A DNA stretch of 64,000 nucleotides from the human T2T-CHM13v2.0 reference genome, Homo sapiens. Every line of letters starts with the position of its first letter. Position 1 is the stretch's first letter. Made by a program: the position numbers and the translations under genes. The DNA is taken from NCBI RefSeq assembly GCF_009914755.1, contig NC_060931.1. The stretch is one strand, 5' to 3'. Below the pieces are notes generated by a model. That model saw only the letters and a list, made by a program, of their open reading frames with translations, was not told the origin of the DNA and searched no databases. This document shows, in pieces, positions 61,615 to 64,000 of this stretch.

Positions 61615-63917
61615 GTGTTTATCCCATTTCTATGCCAATGAACCAATTACGTTTTACCATCACTCTTCCCCTTTGACTACTCCTAGTTGGGTTGTTGTTG
61701 TCACTTTGTTTTTAATTAACTCTCTGTTTTGTTGGTTTAGAAGGACAAAGATTTATCTTTGGGAATTTAAAATACTAATAATCAGTCTATCTATTAAGTG
61801 AAACTACTTACTGCAATTCCTCCAGGTAAAAATTAGTCCCAAAAAATTGGAGATGGCTTTTAAAATGTGAATTTCTAAAATCTATATTCCTTCTGCATGG
61901 AAGGAGCTCCTATGTCTGAATTAATATTATTATATATTATGTATATACACACACACAAACTGCTTTACAATCGGCATGTAAAATAAAATTTAGAGATTAA
62001 ATTAAATAAAATAACCTTTGAGATTATTGAGCCCCAGCCCTCTCATTTTACAAATGAGAACACTGAAACCCATACAGTAGGAACTAGCAAGAGAATGCAT
62101 GTCTTATATTTTCTTTACCAGTAACTCTAAGATTTATACCACATACTTTGTTGTATTGATTTAGCTATCAATAATTATTTCAGACTTACTTAGGTAACAT
62201 CACCTATGTTGGTTTTTAGTGATATTTTGTCGGTAAAGGCAGATTGGTTCTTTTGAAAATAAGTTCCATATTTCCCATCAGAAATTTTCTGATTATAAAT
62301 CTATTTTAATTGCATATTATAAAATACTGAAAGTATAACAATAGAAGTGTAATAATGGTTGGGTTAGGATGTTGTATAATTAATTAGGTTTCTTTCTTAT
62401 TGTATTTCTTCAGTGATTTTTGAAATGTCATTACCTCCAGTAAGAGAAATGACTACTGCCTCATCGTCCTTTATGATGTTTTACAATAGGACCTGTATAT
62501 ACTTTGCCTGTATTTCATTTGTTTATTCAATGAACATTTTTTCAGCACCTTCACATTCCAGGCCCTGTTTTCAAGTTAGGGGACATAGTGGAAACCAAGA
62601 CAAAGCCCCTGCCTTCCTGGACCTTATTTCTAGTGGCAGGTCTTACTCTCAGCCTGAATGTCTTCTCCTCTACATGCCTCTTCCATCTCCTTCCCCAGGA
62701 CCATAGCAGACCCATGTCCCTACCAAGTTGATGTAATTAAGAAAAATAAAGTGGCTGAGTGTAGTGATTCACACCTGTAATCCCAACACGTTGGACTTAG
62801 ATACTCAGAAGCTGGGCTGAAAGTCAAGTCTGAAGACAGAATCTGTGCTGTATTCAGAAGTGCCTCTGCCTTTTATAATTAAGAATTTTTTGACTGTGCC
62901 AAATGTGCCTGTTCCTCTGCCCTGGAAGTGTCCTTCTTGCTTTATGCAAATAGATTTCTGGCAAACCACAGCCCCTCAATTGACCATTCATTCATGTTTG
63001 AATCTCAGCAAGCCCAATTAAGGTCAAAAAGAAAGTGGCCCTTCATTCCTCCCACTCTTACCTTCAGTTGATACAACACCCGCAGACTCCTGGATTCAGT
63101 AGACAAATGCCTGCCCCACCCCCACATCAACTTCACAGACAGACCTGCTAGCTTCCTATGTGACTTACTTGAGGGCCCTCAGAGGACCATCAGGTCTCTA
63201 CCCAGGACTCCCTTATTCCATTCTCTTGCCTGCAGCTGTTTTGGTTGCCAAAAGCATAAAATGTCTCCCAGTTGTTCAAGGCTAATTAAAGTGGTAGATA
63301 AAGTTACCCAGAGAGTCTCAGGTTAACACTTTGTTGGCAAAAAATAAAAAAGATTGCTTAATTTCCCCCCTTTTCACAATTGCTTTTTAACAATTTAAGA
63401 TTTCTAAAGATTTTACTTCAGGCAACTTTATTTCTCTGAAGTGTGCCTAAAGACTTCCTGAGTCAGCTTTCATGCTCCCACACTCATTACCACAAGGGTC
63501 TGTGGCAAAGAACTGGATACTTAGCCTAGCAAATTTGCTGATTCCAGACCTGATATGACAGCAATTCCCATGGTAGTTGGATCAGCCTGACAGAGTTGGC
63601 CAAGAGAAACACAATAATCATTTGAGATGCTATTTAGCCTGGTGAGTTTAAGTACCTTTTGGATTGTTTGATCCTACTGTACCAAACCTTCAATTAATTA
63701 CCGTGAAATGATTCTTAGTCATTGGTAGAAAAATTAGTCTCAACAGAGAGGAGGGGAGCAAACATTCACAAGATGAAATACTATTTTCACTGTCGAAAAC
63801 TATTTTCCTTTCTATTTAAGGCGTTTCTTGAAATTCCTCCTTTAGAGATTTAGTCCTTGGTATAAACTGTGCTGATTTAAAATTGCAAATGTATTTGAAA
63901 GGGAAAGCATATTAAGC

Positions 63918-64000
63918 CAAAGGTCAGCAACCTTTTCCTATAAAGGACCAAATAGTATTTCAGGCTTTGTGGGTCACATACTGTCTCTGTTGCAAATTCT
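63918..64000. mobile_element. MER58-like hAT element, runs off the right edge
   Basis: ggtcagcaacctttt...aggctttgtgggtcacatactgtctctgttgcaa. Confidence 0.7.

Noticed and set aside
62390-62445. Possible plus-strand microexon (ttcttcag|...CCA|gtaaga)
   Set aside because: Splice-like motifs only, with no partner exon or other support.

Overview
Human (primate) genomic DNA. It is repeat-dense intergenic sequence followed by the complete MTERF1 gene (mitochondrial transcription termination factor 1, which I recall maps to 7q21.2) on the minus strand. The gene has a non-coding exon 1 (donor at 59949), exon 2 at 59348-59406 carrying the ATG at 59376, and a large exon 3 starting at 54061 with the stop at 52891; the 1200-nt CDS gives 399 aa. 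A CpG-rich promoter with three ETS/GABPA sites lies at about 59.97-60.3 kb. The rest is mostly transposable elements: a 5'-complete L1PB-type element, a 5'-inverted (twin-primed) L1PA3/4-like element, a near full-length old L1, many Alus, two MER50-family solo LTRs with 4-bp TSDs, MLT1/MST/LTR78-like LTRs, L2, MIR and hAT MERs. Nearly all other ORFs in the track are repeat-derived or chance. I see no evidence of a new multi-gene system. The best leads are: an MLT1 LTR that appears to supply the last codons, stop codon and 3'UTR of MTERF1; a 46-codon upstream ORF overlapping the MTERF1 start codons; a candidate frame-shifting 31-nt microexon; an L1 insertion with an apparent target-site deletion; an unidentified ~435-bp insert splitting an L2; and several template-switch scars. 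Repeat subfamily names come from recalled consensus sequences, and boundaries are approximate unless a TSD is quoted.
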